64,000 bases of DNA from a bacterium (GCA_032250835.1 JAVVEA010000019.1:1-64000), one strand, 5' to 3'. Counted from the stretch's first letter, positions 9,278-19,293 are shown. Notes: a model not told the origin generated them from the letters alone. Program-made: numbers and translations.

Positions 9278-9984
9278 ACGCCGCGCCTTTGCTGCAAATC
9301 GCCCAGGTCCGCAAAGATTTTGGCTACAAGCGCATTTTAAAAGACGTATCCTTTGATCTAAACGCCGGGGACTTCACGCTTTTGCTAGGTCAAAACGGCG
9401 CGGGCAAATCCACGCTACTGAAGATTCTTTCGGGCCTGATGCGCCCGAGCCAAGGTGAGGTTTTCTACCGGGGAGCCAACCTCAAAGAAGACCCCCAACT
9501 ACTACGCCAAGATTTGGGTGTGATCGGCCACCACCCGCAGGTCTACGGGGACCTCTCGGCCTTTGAAAACCTGCTTTTCTTCGCCAAGCTGCGCCACCTT
9601 AAGGACCCTAAGGCCCTAGTTGAAGACGCACTGGAACGAGTGGACCTGGCCAGGTTCAAAAACGCCCAGGTGAAAAACTTCAGTTCCGGCATGTTCAAAC
9701 GGATGGGCATCGCCCGTTTGATGATCAGCCGACCCCGTTTGCTGTTGCTCGACGAACCCTATACGGGGCTTGACTACAAGTCGGTGGACTTTTTTAACCG
9801 TTTTTTGGTGGACTTCGCCCGCTCTGGCGGGGCTATTTTGATGGTGACCCACCAACTGGACGTTTGCTTTGAAATCTCTAGCCGCATCGCCATCTTAGAA
9901 CAGGGGTGCATCACCGAAGACCATCCCCGCAGCAGCTTCAACTACCAAGAATTGATCGACCATTACCAACGAGCCACCCAATGA
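9274..9984 (+). CDS. ccmA: Heme ABC exporter ATP-binding protein
   Basis: GQNGAGKST, FSSGM signature, LLLLDEP; precedes ccmB and ccmC. Confidence 0.9.
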   Translation: MNAAPLLQIAQVRKDFGYKRILKDVSFDLNAGDFTLLLGQNGAGKSTLLKILSGLMRPSQGEVFYRGANLKEDPQLLRQDLGVIGHHPQVYGDLSAFENLLFFAKLRHLKDPKALVEDALERVDLARFKNAQVKNFSSGMFKRMGIARLMISRPRLLLLDEPYTGLDYKSVDFFNRFLVDFARSGGAILMVTHQLDVCFEISSRIAILEQGCITEDHPRSSFNYQELIDHYQRATQ

Positions 9985-10652
9985 TCGCAGACCTACTGAC
10001 GATCTTAAAAAAAGACCTAACCTTGGATTTGCGCCGTGCCGAGAACTTCATCGCCATGTTGTTCTTTTCGGTGATCATCCTTTTGGTCTTTTCTTTTTCT
10101 CTGCCGCCCGACGAAGAGGCCCACCAATCTCTAGCGCCGGGCGTGTACTGGGTGACTTTCTTGATGTCTGGGATGTTGGGGCTCTCAAAAAACTTCCAAC
10201 TGGAAAAAGAAATGGGCTGTATGGAGGCGTTGCTGATCGCGCCCATCAGCCGAGGCGCGATTTTTATGGGCAAGATGCTGGGGACTTTGGTGTTCCTGCT
10301 CTTGATGCAGATGATCTTGATCCCCGTCTTTTCCCTGCTCTTTTACAGCCCCGCTATGGGCTTCTTTTTTGAGCTATTGGGCCTTTCGGCGGTGACCGCC
10401 TTGGGCTTTGCCTCTTTGGGTACGCTCTTAAGCGGCCTGACCACCGATGTGCGGTTTAAGGAAATCTTACTACCGATCCTGCTCTTCCCACTACTGGTGC
10501 CCTTGCTTTTGGCTGCGGTGCAGATTATGTCGGGAATTTTTGCAGGTCAGGGTTTTCAAGCCGAGTTGGACTGGTTAAAGTTGCTGGTCGGCTTTGATCT
10601 GATCTTCCTGATTGCCGCCTATTTGACCTTTGATTTCGTTATGGAGCTTTGA
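9981..10652 (+). CDS. ccmB: Heme exporter protein B
   Basis: Multi-TM; EKEMGCMEALLIAP and EILLPILLFPLLVP motifs; ATGA overlap with ccmA. Confidence 0.9.
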   Translation: MIADLLTILKKDLTLDLRRAENFIAMLFFSVIILLVFSFSLPPDEEAHQSLAPGVYWVTFLMSGMLGLSKNFQLEKEMGCMEALLIAPISRGAIFMGKMLGTLVFLLLMQMILIPVFSLLFYSPAMGFFFELLGLSAVTALGFASLGTLLSGLTTDVRFKEILLPILLFPLLVPLLLAAVQIMSGIFAGQGFQAELDWLKLLVGFDLIFLIAAYLTFDFVMEL

Positions 10653-11323
10653 TGGGTTTTTCGCGTATCTTAGGCCTAGCCACGGCCCTGGCCCTGGCGG
10701 TCACCTTCTATTTGGTCTTTGTTTGGGCCCCCCTGGAACAAGCCATGGGCTTCGTACAGAAGATCATGTACATCCATGTCCCTTCGGTGCTGGTCTGTTA
10801 CGCCGCCTTCTTCATCGCCTTTTTAGCCAGCATCGGCTACCTATGGAAGCGCAAGGAAGGTTATGATGTCGCCGCCTACGCCGCCAGCGAGGTAGGGGTG
10901 ATCTTCTGCGGCTTGACGCTGGTCACCGGGGCCATCTGGGGCCGCCCGACCTGGAATACCTATTGGACCTGGGACGCACGGCTGACGACCACCTTGATCT
11001 TGTTCTTGATTTTTGTGGGTTATTTGTTGCTGCGGCGCTTTGTGGAATATAGCGAACAGCAGGCCCGCTTCGCCGCCATCATCGCGATCATCGGCTTCAT
11101 GGACATCCCCTTGATCCACCAAGCAGTGACTTGGTGGCGCACGCTACACCAGCCCTCAACCATGTTCAGCCGCAAGGGCCAGATGATCGACGACCCGCTC
11201 AAATGGATGCTTTACCTTAGCATGGTCGCCTTTTACCTGCTCTTCGCCTACCTCCTCACCAAGCGCATCCAGATGGAACGAGCCGAGCGTGAGCTGCACC
11301 GCATGTTAGCCAACGCGGAATAG
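10652..11323 (+). CDS. ccmC: Heme exporter protein C
   Basis: YIHVP, WWD motif TGAIWGRPTWNTYWTWDARLT, WWRTLHQ. Confidence 0.95.
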   Translation: MGFSRILGLATALALAVTFYLVFVWAPLEQAMGFVQKIMYIHVPSVLVCYAAFFIAFLASIGYLWKRKEGYDVAAYAASEVGVIFCGLTLVTGAIWGRPTWNTYWTWDARLTTTLILFLIFVGYLLLRRFVEYSEQQARFAAIIAIIGFMDIPLIHQAVTWWRTLHQPSTMFSRKGQMIDDPLKWMLYLSMVAFYLLFAYLLTKRIQMERAERELHRMLANAE

Positions 11324-11349
11324 GCCGCTACCCCGCTGTTAAGGCGGGG

Positions 11350-12054
11350 TCAATCCAACTCGATCACTTCCACTTCAAAGGGCAATTTGCCCGGCTCGAA
11401 GCGGTTCTTGCGGACCTTTTTCTTCCACTTTTTAGAGTCGCCGTCCCAGCGGAATCCCTGTTCTTTAGCTAAGTTGCGGTTATCGTATGAGACCAGCGCG
11501 ACCAACTCCAACTTAGGGCTAAGCGCGTTCTCGATGCAGCTGTTGAGGTCGTAATGACTCAAGACCTTAAACATGCTGAGCACGTCGGTGACTGCACGGT
11601 GGCTGAAGGGGTTTGCGAAACCATGGGCCCCGGCCAGATAGATTAGGTTCTTGCCCCGGATTGAAGCGGGATAGTCAACATCCTGATAGGTGCAAATCCA
11701 GGGCGTTTCGGGGAATTGTCGGCCCCAGCGCTGATAAAAGGCGCTCAAAAAACCCCGGTCAAAGCTGGCATTGTGGGCCACCAGATAATCCGCCGCGGCC
11801 AACATCTCGGCCATCCGGGCAAAAAGGGCGTCATCGGGCTCTTTACCAAAGCGGTTCAGTAGCGCCGTGGTGATGCCCGTCAAGTCTTCAATCTGAGAGT
11901 CCAGGGCTAGGTTGGGGACCTCTAAGATCAATTCGGAGAGCAGTTGCACCGGCTGGCCCAATTCCCAGTCCCACAGGACTGCACCGATCTCGATGATCCG
12001 GTCTTTGTCTGAGTCCAATCCTGTGGTTTCTACGTCCAAACCCAGTAAATACAT
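11350..12054 (-). CDS. DEDDh 3'-5' exonuclease (DnaQ-like) with DUF5710-like C-terminal domain
   Basis: LDVETTG, AHNASFD, HRAVTD; tail VSYDNRNLAKEQGFRWD..K.W. Confidence 0.88.
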   Translation of the reverse strand: MYLLGLDVETTGLDSDKDRIIEIGAVLWDWELGQPVQLLSELILEVPNLALDSQIEDLTGITTALLNRFGKEPDDALFARMAEMLAAADYLVAHNASFDRGFLSAFYQRWGRQFPETPWICTYQDVDYPASIRGKNLIYLAGAHGFANPFSHRAVTDVLSMFKVLSHYDLNSCIENALSPKLELVALVSYDNRNLAKEQGFRWDGDSKKWKKKVRKNRFEPGKLPFEVEVIELD

Positions 12055-12737
12055 CAAGTCTCCAGTTTGCTTGCCTGTTCAATAATCCAATCAATCCAAT
12101 GATCCATACCCTCACCACTCAAGGCACTCACCTCAATCAGCTCCAACTTGGGCTGGACTAGCTTTAAGGCGCGCTTAAAGGCGGTGAGGTCAAAACCCAT
12201 GGGCTCAACCAAGTCTTTTTTACTCAAGAGTACCAAGTCGGCCCCTTTGAGCCGTTCGGACAGCTTCAGGGGCTTGTCGGAGCCCTGGTCGGGGCTGAAG
12301 AGCATCACCTTGGCTTGTTCGCCCAGGTCTAGGTCAAAGGCGTAGGGCCGGCCGCCGCTGCCTTCGATAAAAAAGAGGCTGTTGTCCTTGACGGGCCTCG
12401 CCAGCACCGCCTCGCCCACCAAGCGGGCGTCTAAACGGCCTTCGGCGCGGGGGCTGATCCCTAACGAAAGCAGGCCTGCCTTTTGGTAGCGCCCTCCGTC
12501 GATCCCGTTGGCCCCATAGCTATCCACCAGAGCCATAAAAAAGCGTTTTTTTAACCCTTTGGCAGTAGCCAACAGCAGCTCGGTCTTGCCGGTGCCCGGT
12601 GTGGAGATCAGATGCAGCGCCAGGATGCGGTGAGCCAAGAAAAACTCGCGGTTGATCTTGGCGGCGGCGGCGTTGCGCTCGATCAATTGGTTTTCGAAGG
12701 CCTTGATTTCGGCTAGGCCAGCCGGTCCGTGGGGCAT
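12054..12737 (-). CDS. HypB/UreG-family GTPase, cysteine-free
   Basis: STPGTGKT P-loop, DLGE, GSDKPLK, SKKD, VSALSGEG. ATG at 12737 overlaps the stop of the upstream gene. Confidence 0.8.
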   Translation of the reverse strand: MPHGPAGLAEIKAFENQLIERNAAAAKINREFFLAHRILALHLISTPGTGKTELLLATAKGLKKRFFMALVDSYGANGIDGGRYQKAGLLSLGISPRAEGRLDARLVGEAVLARPVKDNSLFFIEGSGGRPYAFDLDLGEQAKVMLFSPDQGSDKPLKLSERLKGADLVLLSKKDLVEPMGFDLTAFKRALKLVQPKLELIEVSALSGEGMDHWIDWIIEQASKLET

Positions 12738-13900
12738 CAGGCGTCTCGCACTAATTTTATGGGGGCCCGGACAAAGGGGTCCAGGGCACGGGTCCAAGCG
12801 GCGGCGGCGGCGCTGATCTGGTCCGCTTTGGCGACCAAACCGGCCAGGGCTAGGGGCACCATCCCCTTGGGGTGGAAGTTCCATTCTGCCGCAGAGAGCA
12901 ATTGATAACGCCGGGTTTTGTCGGCGGCCATCTCAATGCGGTGCACTACCCGGCCACGGGTCGATTCAATCTGGGCCAAACCGATGCCCATTTTCTTTTG
13001 AACCCCCGGCCCCTGGGCGGGTAGTTCCATGCCCAATTCGAGTCGGCTCTGCTGCCAACAAAGGTCCACCAAGCGCCCCAACAACCGCAAAACTAAGGGG
13101 TTGGCGCGGCGGGCGGCGTAGTCTTTGAGTTGCAGATTGCGGGCTTGGCGCGCAAAGGCCCCGGTTTCCATCTTCTGCCCGTTCAACTCGGGCAGATAGA
13201 TCATCTCAACCGCATAAGGCGAGGTGAGCGCTTGATTCCAGTCTTGGTGGCTGGGCCAGCCGAGCGGCGCGATTTCAGGATTTTTTAAGGCCGGCAGTTG
13301 GCCATAATAGCGGATCACCTCAGCCCCCAAGGCCGGGTGGTCGTCTACCCAAGCCATCAAATGCTCTACCGTCAAGCTAGCCCAGATTTTCGGTGGGTAG
13401 CCCAACAGATGCGTTTCCAGCAGTTGGGCCATCTCTGCCGCTACTTGAGAGATCATCTCCAAATCAGCCTGGGCGCTGCGCTCACCAAAGAAGAAGGGTT
13501 CCTTATCTCCGTAAAGGGCCTGGGTCAACTTGGTTTCAATGGCCGCCAGGGGAGCATTGATCGGCGCTTTGCCCAAGAGGGCGGGCCAATCGGCCAGTAA
13601 GCGCGTCAGCGTCTGGGTCATGATTTCCAAGTGGACCAGCAAGGCACGGGCCCGGTGGTGGTAGGCCTTAACGCCCAATCCGTAGGCCTCTTCCAAGGCC
13701 CAAAGAGCAGCGGTTTGGTGGCCCTTGGCACCTAATGGATAAAGGCGGGGCAGCATCCGCACCACTTCTTCGGGCCCGCGTCCAATCAGCAATTGGTGGG
13801 TTTCCAAGGCTCTGCGCGAATGGACCTCAGTGCGGGTCACCTGACCGTGGGCGTGGTGCACGACGATCTGAAAGCTGTCATCCAAAAAGGTATCGGCCAT
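12737..13900 (-). CDS. HupK/HoxV-like protein (NiFe-hydrogenase large-subunit fold) lacking conserved Cys
   Basis: ETGAFAR, IESTRGRVVH, Y....AAEWNFHPKG, LDPFV C-terminus. Confidence 0.78.
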   Translation of the reverse strand: MADTFLDDSFQIVVHHAHGQVTRTEVHSRRALETHQLLIGRGPEEVVRMLPRLYPLGAKGHQTAALWALEEAYGLGVKAYHHRARALLVHLEIMTQTLTRLLADWPALLGKAPINAPLAAIETKLTQALYGDKEPFFFGERSAQADLEMISQVAAEMAQLLETHLLGYPPKIWASLTVEHLMAWVDDHPALGAEVIRYYGQLPALKNPEIAPLGWPSHQDWNQALTSPYAVEMIYLPELNGQKMETGAFARQARNLQLKDYAARRANPLVLRLLGRLVDLCWQQSRLELGMELPAQGPGVQKKMGIGLAQIESTRGRVVHRIEMAADKTRRYQLLSAAEWNFHPKGMVPLALAGLVAKADQISAAAAAWTRALDPFVRAPIKLVRDA

Positions 13901-14131
13901 CGTCCTAAGTTCCTAGGGGGGTTATGGGCTGGTTATAGCCTATTTCGGACTTTGTGGGAAGGGCCATTTGGGCCCCTGGCCGGGCAATTCCCCTTGCTCC
14001 TGGCGGTTCCTTGGCGTTATAATGAGAGTCAATCTTTGCTTTGAGGGCTTAATGGCTCCAAGCCCCGAAAAAAGGCCCCAAGGGACTGGTTTACTGCCCC
14101 TTGGGCCCTTTGAACTTCAAGGAAAAACCCC

Positions 14132-15115
14132 ATGCAACGCCTATTTATCATCAATTCTAAGGGCAGCAAACGCACCGCCCAATTTTGGCGACGCCACGGC
14201 CAAGCCTTGGCGGAGGGATTGCCCGGTGCCGAGCAGTTGGCGGTAGACGCCCGGTCCCTAGCGGGTTTGGAGTCTTATCAGGAGTACGACCAGTTGATCT
14301 TGGTGGGCGACGATAGTTTCTTCCACCTAGCGATCAACCAACTCCACGGCAACCTTCTAGAAAAGGAAAGCCGCCAACATTATGCCTTTTTACCGGACCA
14401 CCGCGAAAGCGCCTTAGGCAGCAGCCTGGAACTCCCGAGCAGCCTCAAGAGCCATTTAGAATTGCTGCGGCGCTCGCCGACCATCCCCTTTGACCTCGTC
14501 CGCTGCGATTGCATCGGCACCCAAGGAACCCCGGCCCGGCGGCTGATCTTAAACGACGCCTTAATCCGCCTGCCTCAGATGAAATTACCCTTGGTGTTGC
14601 GTACCGTGGTCCAATGGTTTCGCACCTATTCAGGGATTTTCCAGCGCAAGGCCCCTTCAAAGGTGACCCTCTTCGAACATGGGGAAAAACGCTTTGAAGG
14701 CGAGTTTGTCTGCGCCATCATGCTCTTAGGCAACAAGATCACCGACGGCCCCCGACTCAACAGCAAACGGCGCTTTTTACGCAAGCGCTTTGCCTATTAT
14801 CAGCTCAACGCCAACGACTTGCTCGACTACACCACCGCCCTGCCCCGGTTTTTAGACGAAGACGCCCTAGACCGAGGCGATGACCCCAACATCTTCCAGG
14901 GCAACTTTACGGATTTGGATATACGTGGATTGGGCGAAGAGAACCGGATCATTGCCGACGGAGTCCCCATTGGCCGTCTGCCAGCAAGCTTTACCCTGCT
15001 GCCCAAGGCGCTTTCGGTGGTCAGTCCCATGACCCCGGTCCAAAAGCTAGAACCTTCGCGCCAGAAGCTGGCCAAGGCCAGCAAGCCGGTAGGCAACCTC
15101 AAGACCGGGGCTTGA
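14132..15115 (+). CDS. Diacylglycerol-kinase (YegS/DAGK) family-like protein, degenerate
   Basis: FIINSKG, LVGDDS in place of GGDGT, ADG..IGRLPASF.LLP.AL C-terminal pattern. Confidence 0.65.
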   Translation: MQRLFIINSKGSKRTAQFWRRHGQALAEGLPGAEQLAVDARSLAGLESYQEYDQLILVGDDSFFHLAINQLHGNLLEKESRQHYAFLPDHRESALGSSLELPSSLKSHLELLRRSPTIPFDLVRCDCIGTQGTPARRLILNDALIRLPQMKLPLVLRTVVQWFRTYSGIFQRKAPSKVTLFEHGEKRFEGEFVCAIMLLGNKITDGPRLNSKRRFLRKRFAYYQLNANDLLDYTTALPRFLDEDALDRGDDPNIFQGNFTDLDIRGLGEENRIIADGVPIGRLPASFTLLPKALSVVSPMTPVQKLEPSRQKLAKASKPVGNLKTGA

Positions 15116-15703
15116 TCAGAACCGAACGATCAAGCCTAAAGAAAAACCGTTAGAGGCCAAGGTGCTGGATTCGCCTCTGGAGGTTTTATAGGTGATGGCG
15201 CTGTATTCGTAAGAAGGAATCATCACAAAGTTACGGCCCATAGCGAAGCGAGCGCCTAGATTAAACAGCGGGCCAAAACCCGTCCCGTTCGTGGTGCCGA
15301 TCTTGCTGCCTGGGTATTCAAAGACCAATTCGTAATTCTCGATATTTAAACCCAACCCCACAAAGGGTTCCATATTCCCTTCCCGGTCCAATTGGGTGCG
15401 CCATTCCATCCCGCCGGTATAGCCGTAGCTACTAGCCGTCAGGTCATAATAGGCAGTGCCGCCCTCGGGGGTGTAGGTTTCGATGGCCGTACCCCGAGAG
15501 ACCTGAAGGAACCAAGCCCAGTGGGGGTCGTAATAATGTTTGACCCCCAAGCCACCTCGGCTACCCTGCAAATGGTGTTCGGTGGTACTGACCGAATAGC
15601 TGCCTAAATAAAGGTGGCTCACCGTTTTGCTGCGGAAACGCTCTTGGGCCGAAAGACTGCCCGTCAATGCAAAGAACAAGACCAAGGAAAGTATCAAACG
15701 CAA
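15116..15703 (-). CDS. Small outer-membrane beta-barrel protein
   Basis: Signal peptide, alternating beta strands, PFVGLG, terminal Phe. Confidence 0.75.
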   Translation of the reverse strand: MRLILSLVLFFALTGSLSAQERFRSKTVSHLYLGSYSVSTTEHHLQGSRGGLGVKHYYDPHWAWFLQVSRGTAIETYTPEGGTAYYDLTASSYGYTGGMEWRTQLDREGNMEPFVGLGLNIENYELVFEYPGSKIGTTNGTGFGPLFNLGARFAMGRNFVMIPSYEYSAITYKTSRGESSTLASNGFSLGLIVRF

Positions 15704-15832
15704 AGGGACCTCTGTGGGTTTTGGGTGGTTGGTTGGTATGTTAGGCCTTTTTTTTATAGATGAAAAGCCCCGGCGATTGACCTTTGAACTAGGGCCCGTT
15801 ATCTTGGGCCAAACCCGCTCCCACCTCAGCTG

Positions 15833-17272
15833 ATGACCAACGTCTCGACCCGCGACCGCCTGATCCGTTTCATCTTAGACTTTACCGCCCAAAAGGTATT
15901 GGTCGTCGGCGACTTGATGCTGGACCAGTATTCTTGGGGCGATGTGGAACGCATCAGCCCCGAAGCGCCCATTCCGGTGGTCAAGATGGGCCGCGAAGAA
16001 TTCCGCCTCGGCGGCGCGGCCAGCGTAATCAACAACTTACAAGCCTTAGGCTGCGAGCCCCTGGCGGTCGGCCTGTTGGGAGACGATATCGCAGGACGGA
16101 AGTTTTTAGAGATCTACCGAGAATCGGGCCTAGACCCGGCCGGTTTGGTCGTCGACCCGGTCCTGCAAACGATCCTTAAAGTCCGGGTCTTAACGCGCCA
16201 ACAACAAATGATCCGGCTGGACTACGAATCCGGCGCGACCCATCCCGATTCGGCCCGCCAAGCACTCAGGCAACGGGTTATCGCCGCCATGGACCAAGCC
16301 CAGGCGGTGGTCCTTTCCGATTATGCCAAAGGCGTCTTGGATGCGTCCTTGATCCAGACCTGTATTGCCGAAGCCAACCAAAGGGGCCTGCCCATTGTGG
16401 CCGATCCGGGCAAAGGGGTGCCCATTGAGGCTTACCGGGGGATCACCAGCATCAAACCGAACCGCACCGAGGCCGAAGGGGCCACGGGGATCAAAATCAC
16501 CGATCAAGACAGCATGCTGCGCGCTGCTGCGGCGCTACAAGAAAAGGTTCAGGCCCAGTTCTTGACCCTCAGTCTCGATAAAGACGGCCTGCTCTACTAC
16601 CGCAGCGCGACCGACTGGACCCTTTACCCCACCGAGGTGCGCGAGGTCTTTGACGTAACCGGGGCCGGGGACATGGTGGTCACCCTCTTGGCGGTGGCTT
16701 TGGCGGCGGGCGCTCCGCCGGAAGTGGCCTTCCCGCTGGCCAACATCGGTGCGGAGCTGGAAATCGCCCATATGGGTGTGGTCCCGCTGCCTTGGTCAGA
16801 CCTCTTGACCCGGGTCGAATCAGGCATGGCCCATTCCAAGGTGACCAGCCTTTCGCTCCTACTTAAAGAGCGCCAAAAGGACGAGCTGCCGATGGTCTTC
16901 GCCAACGGGTACTTCGACCAGATTTCAGCTGGTCATCTGCGCTTCTTGCTAGAAGCCGGAAAGACCCCTGGCCGTTTGGTGGTGGCCATCAACTCCGACC
17001 AGGGCATCTTGCGTCAAAAGGGAGCCAAGCCTCTATTAGGCGAAATGGACCGGGCCCGCCTACTGGCGAGCATCGAAAATGTTTACCGGGTGATCGTCTT
17101 TGACCAAGAAGACGCCTCTGCGCTGATCCGCCAACTAAGGCCCCAGACGGTGGTTAAAGGGGCAGAATTCAAAGACGCTCAATTGCCCACTGCCGAAGCC
17201 GAGGCGATTGCCGAGGTGGGAGCCCAGGTCGAATATCTGCCCCATTTTGACTATGAAACCCGCCGCACTTAA
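15833..17272 (+). CDS. hldE: Bifunctional heptose-7-phosphate kinase / heptose-1-phosphate adenylyltransferase
   Basis: GDLMLDQY, RISPEAPIPV, SDYAKG, DVTGAGD; C-terminal NGYFD..AGH, VAINSD. Confidence 0.93.
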   Translation: MTNVSTRDRLIRFILDFTAQKVLVVGDLMLDQYSWGDVERISPEAPIPVVKMGREEFRLGGAASVINNLQALGCEPLAVGLLGDDIAGRKFLEIYRESGLDPAGLVVDPVLQTILKVRVLTRQQQMIRLDYESGATHPDSARQALRQRVIAAMDQAQAVVLSDYAKGVLDASLIQTCIAEANQRGLPIVADPGKGVPIEAYRGITSIKPNRTEAEGATGIKITDQDSMLRAAAALQEKVQAQFLTLSLDKDGLLYYRSATDWTLYPTEVREVFDVTGAGDMVVTLLAVALAAGAPPEVAFPLANIGAELEIAHMGVVPLPWSDLLTRVESGMAHSKVTSLSLLLKERQKDELPMVFANGYFDQISAGHLRFLLEAGKTPGRLVVAINSDQGILRQKGAKPLLGEMDRARLLASIENVYRVIVFDQEDASALIRQLRPQTVVKGAEFKDAQLPTAEAEAIAEVGAQVEYLPHFDYETRRT

Positions 17273-17822
17273 GCTCATCTCGGGTCGTCTAAAAGGCCGC
17301 CGATTGGCGGCGCCCAAAGGCTTGGACACCCGCCCGAGTTTAGAGAAAACCCGGGGCGTGGTTTTCGACGTTCTGGGCTACCGCGCCGAATTAAGTGAGT
17401 TTGCCGCCGTCGATCTCTTTGCCGGGTCGGGCGCTTTAGGTCTCGAGGCCTACAGTCGGGGCTGCGAGCCCTTGGTTTTTTGCGAATCCCTCGGGCCTTC
17501 TTTCACCCAGCTCAAAGCCAATGTCGAGGCCCTGCTGCCTACCGAATCTTTTAGGCTTTTTAAAGGCGATGGGCTAAGCTGGTTACGTCAGGCCACTCCG
17601 GGGGAGCGCCCCTGGCTTTTCCTGCTCGACCCGCCTTATGGCAAGTCCTTAGGGGCCCAGGCACTGGACCTGCTGAGTCAACGGGCCCAGGACTTTAAAG
17701 GCTCGGTGGTGGTCCTAGAAGCGGACAAAAAAGATGAACCCGCCGCCAGGGCCGGACTCGAAAACTTCAGCGCCAAGATCTTGGGCCGGAGCCGATTGGA
17801 CTTTTTTTGGATCGAACCATGA
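17253..17822 (+). CDS. rsmD: 16S rRNA m2G966 methyltransferase
   Basis: IISG..KGRRL-like N-terminus, TRP, DLFAGSGALGLEA.SRG, DPPY. Confidence 0.9.
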   Translation: MKPAALKLISGRLKGRRLAAPKGLDTRPSLEKTRGVVFDVLGYRAELSEFAAVDLFAGSGALGLEAYSRGCEPLVFCESLGPSFTQLKANVEALLPTESFRLFKGDGLSWLRQATPGERPWLFLLDPPYGKSLGAQALDLLSQRAQDFKGSVVVLEADKKDEPAARAGLENFSAKILGRSRLDFFWIEP

Positions 17823-18544
17823 AACGAATCTTGTTGGGGCTGTTGGCCCTCTGCCTAGGTGCCCTTCCGTTGCAAGCTGAAATGGGCTCCTTTTTGGTGC
17901 TCAAATCCGCCTATTTTTACCCCAGCTTAAACGGCGGGAAGAAGGTCTTGACCCGCAACAAGACTGCCTACCCGGTGGTGGGTATGGAGTTTGTGGGGGA
18001 AGACAAGATGCTCTTTCAGGTTTTGGTGCCTACCGACCAGATCAGCACCGGTTCGGGGTTTATTGTGGAGACAGATCAGGAGCTAAAAGAAAATAAGGAC
18101 GCGCTGATCAAGGTTTATCCGAGCCTGCCCAGCACCAAAGCAGACCTGACCGACTACCAATTAGTGCCCGTCGCCGCGCTATTGATCACCGGACGCCAAG
18201 AAACCCAAGCGGACTTTCCCCAACTAGCCTTTCGGGCGGTCAACTATAAGGGGGCCCTCCCCCAGACCTACTGGGTAGACGACTGGGCAGGCATCTACCG
18301 GCCCGAAAAAGAATCCACTTGGCTCAACCAAGTTTTTGAAGAACTCTCGCGCACCCAACTGCCAGAAGACCGCCGTGACCGGGTCTTGATGGGGCTAGTG
18401 GAAACGGGCTTTACGGAACAAGAGGTCCGCCAAGCCCTGGGCGAGCCGACCCAACGAGAGCGCCTAGCCACCGGCGAAATCCAGTGGATCTACGCCAACA
18501 AAAAGATCCTCTTCGAAGCTGGCAAAGTCGCCCAGGTGCTTTAG
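17819..18544 (+). CDS. Exported hypothetical protein with C-terminal SmpA/OmlA-like motif
   Basis: Signal peptide MKRILLGLLALCLGALPLQA; GFTEQEVRQALGEP...WIY. Confidence 0.65.
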   Translation: MKRILLGLLALCLGALPLQAEMGSFLVLKSAYFYPSLNGGKKVLTRNKTAYPVVGMEFVGEDKMLFQVLVPTDQISTGSGFIVETDQELKENKDALIKVYPSLPSTKADLTDYQLVPVAALLITGRQETQADFPQLAFRAVNYKGALPQTYWVDDWAGIYRPEKESTWLNQVFEELSRTQLPEDRRDRVLMGLVETGFTEQEVRQALGEPTQRERLATGEIQWIYANKKILFEAGKVAQVL

Positions 18545-19293
18545 CGCACCACCCGCGACTTGCGGGTTTTGGCGGGGCGGTGGGGGGCCTCTTTGGTTTT
18601 GACGCCACCGGTGGTGCGTTGCTTGTAACTCGGCTCGACGACCAACACGAATTCGCGCTTCTTGGGGCTATCGCCCAGATATAGGTCCAATTCACTCAAG
18701 GTGCTGACCAGCGTTTCCTCATCTTCTTGGGTCAAACTGAAAAAAACCCGCACCGGGCGCGACGGCCCCAATTCGGCCATCAGGTCGGTCACCAAAGCTT
18801 TGATGCGGTAAGGGGTGTCGTATAAAACCACCGGCACCCCAAAGGCGGCAAAACGGCGGATGGTGACTCGGCGTTCCTCGGCCGAGCGCGGCAGAAATCC
18901 TGCATAATAAAACTCAGAGAGCGGCAGTCCTGATAAAGACAAGGCAGCGCTCAAAGAGCTAGGACCGGGGACCGCAACCACCTCGACGCCATTTTGGTGG
19001 CATAACTCCACCAAACGGGCACCGGGGTCGGCAAAACCCGGCGTACCGGCGTCGGTCGTCAGGGTCAGGTTTTTACCGCTCAAGAGTAGTTCCAAGGCCT
19101 CTTGGGCATTTTGGGCCTCGTTGTGTTCGTTGAGGGGGATCATCTCTTTAAAGACGCCTAGGCGCTTGGCTAGGCGGCGGCCATTTTTCATTTCTTCGAC
19201 CACCCAAAGGTCGGCCTCGCTTAAGAGCCGGGCGGCTCTGGGCGAAAGGTCTTCATCGTTGCCGATGGGGGTAGCGACTACATATAAGGGCAT
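18541..19293 (-). CDS. rsmI: 16S rRNA Cm1402 2'-O-methyltransferase
   Basis: LYVVATPIGN.EDLS.RA, DAGTPGFADPG, VPGPS, FYYAGFLP. Confidence 0.93.
   Translation of the reverse strand: MPLYVVATPIGNDEDLSPRAARLLSEADLWVVEEMKNGRRLAKRLGVFKEMIPLNEHNEAQNAQEALELLLSGKNLTLTTDAGTPGFADPGARLVELCHQNGVEVVAVPGPSSLSAALSLSGLPLSEFYYAGFLPRSAEERRVTIRRFAAFGVPVVLYDTPYRIKALVTDLMAELGPSRPVRVFFSLTQEDEETLVSTLSELDLYLGDSPKKREFVLVVEPSYKQRTTGGVKTKEAPHRPAKTRKSRVVR

Noticed and set aside
12738-12884. N-terminal extension of the HypB-like ORF
   Set aside because: Overlaps the HupK-like gene; the ATG at 12737 is stop/start coupled and fits HypB length.
12737-13900. Functional NiFe-hydrogenase large subunit
   Set aside because: Both CxxC motifs are absent and there is no small subunit nearby.
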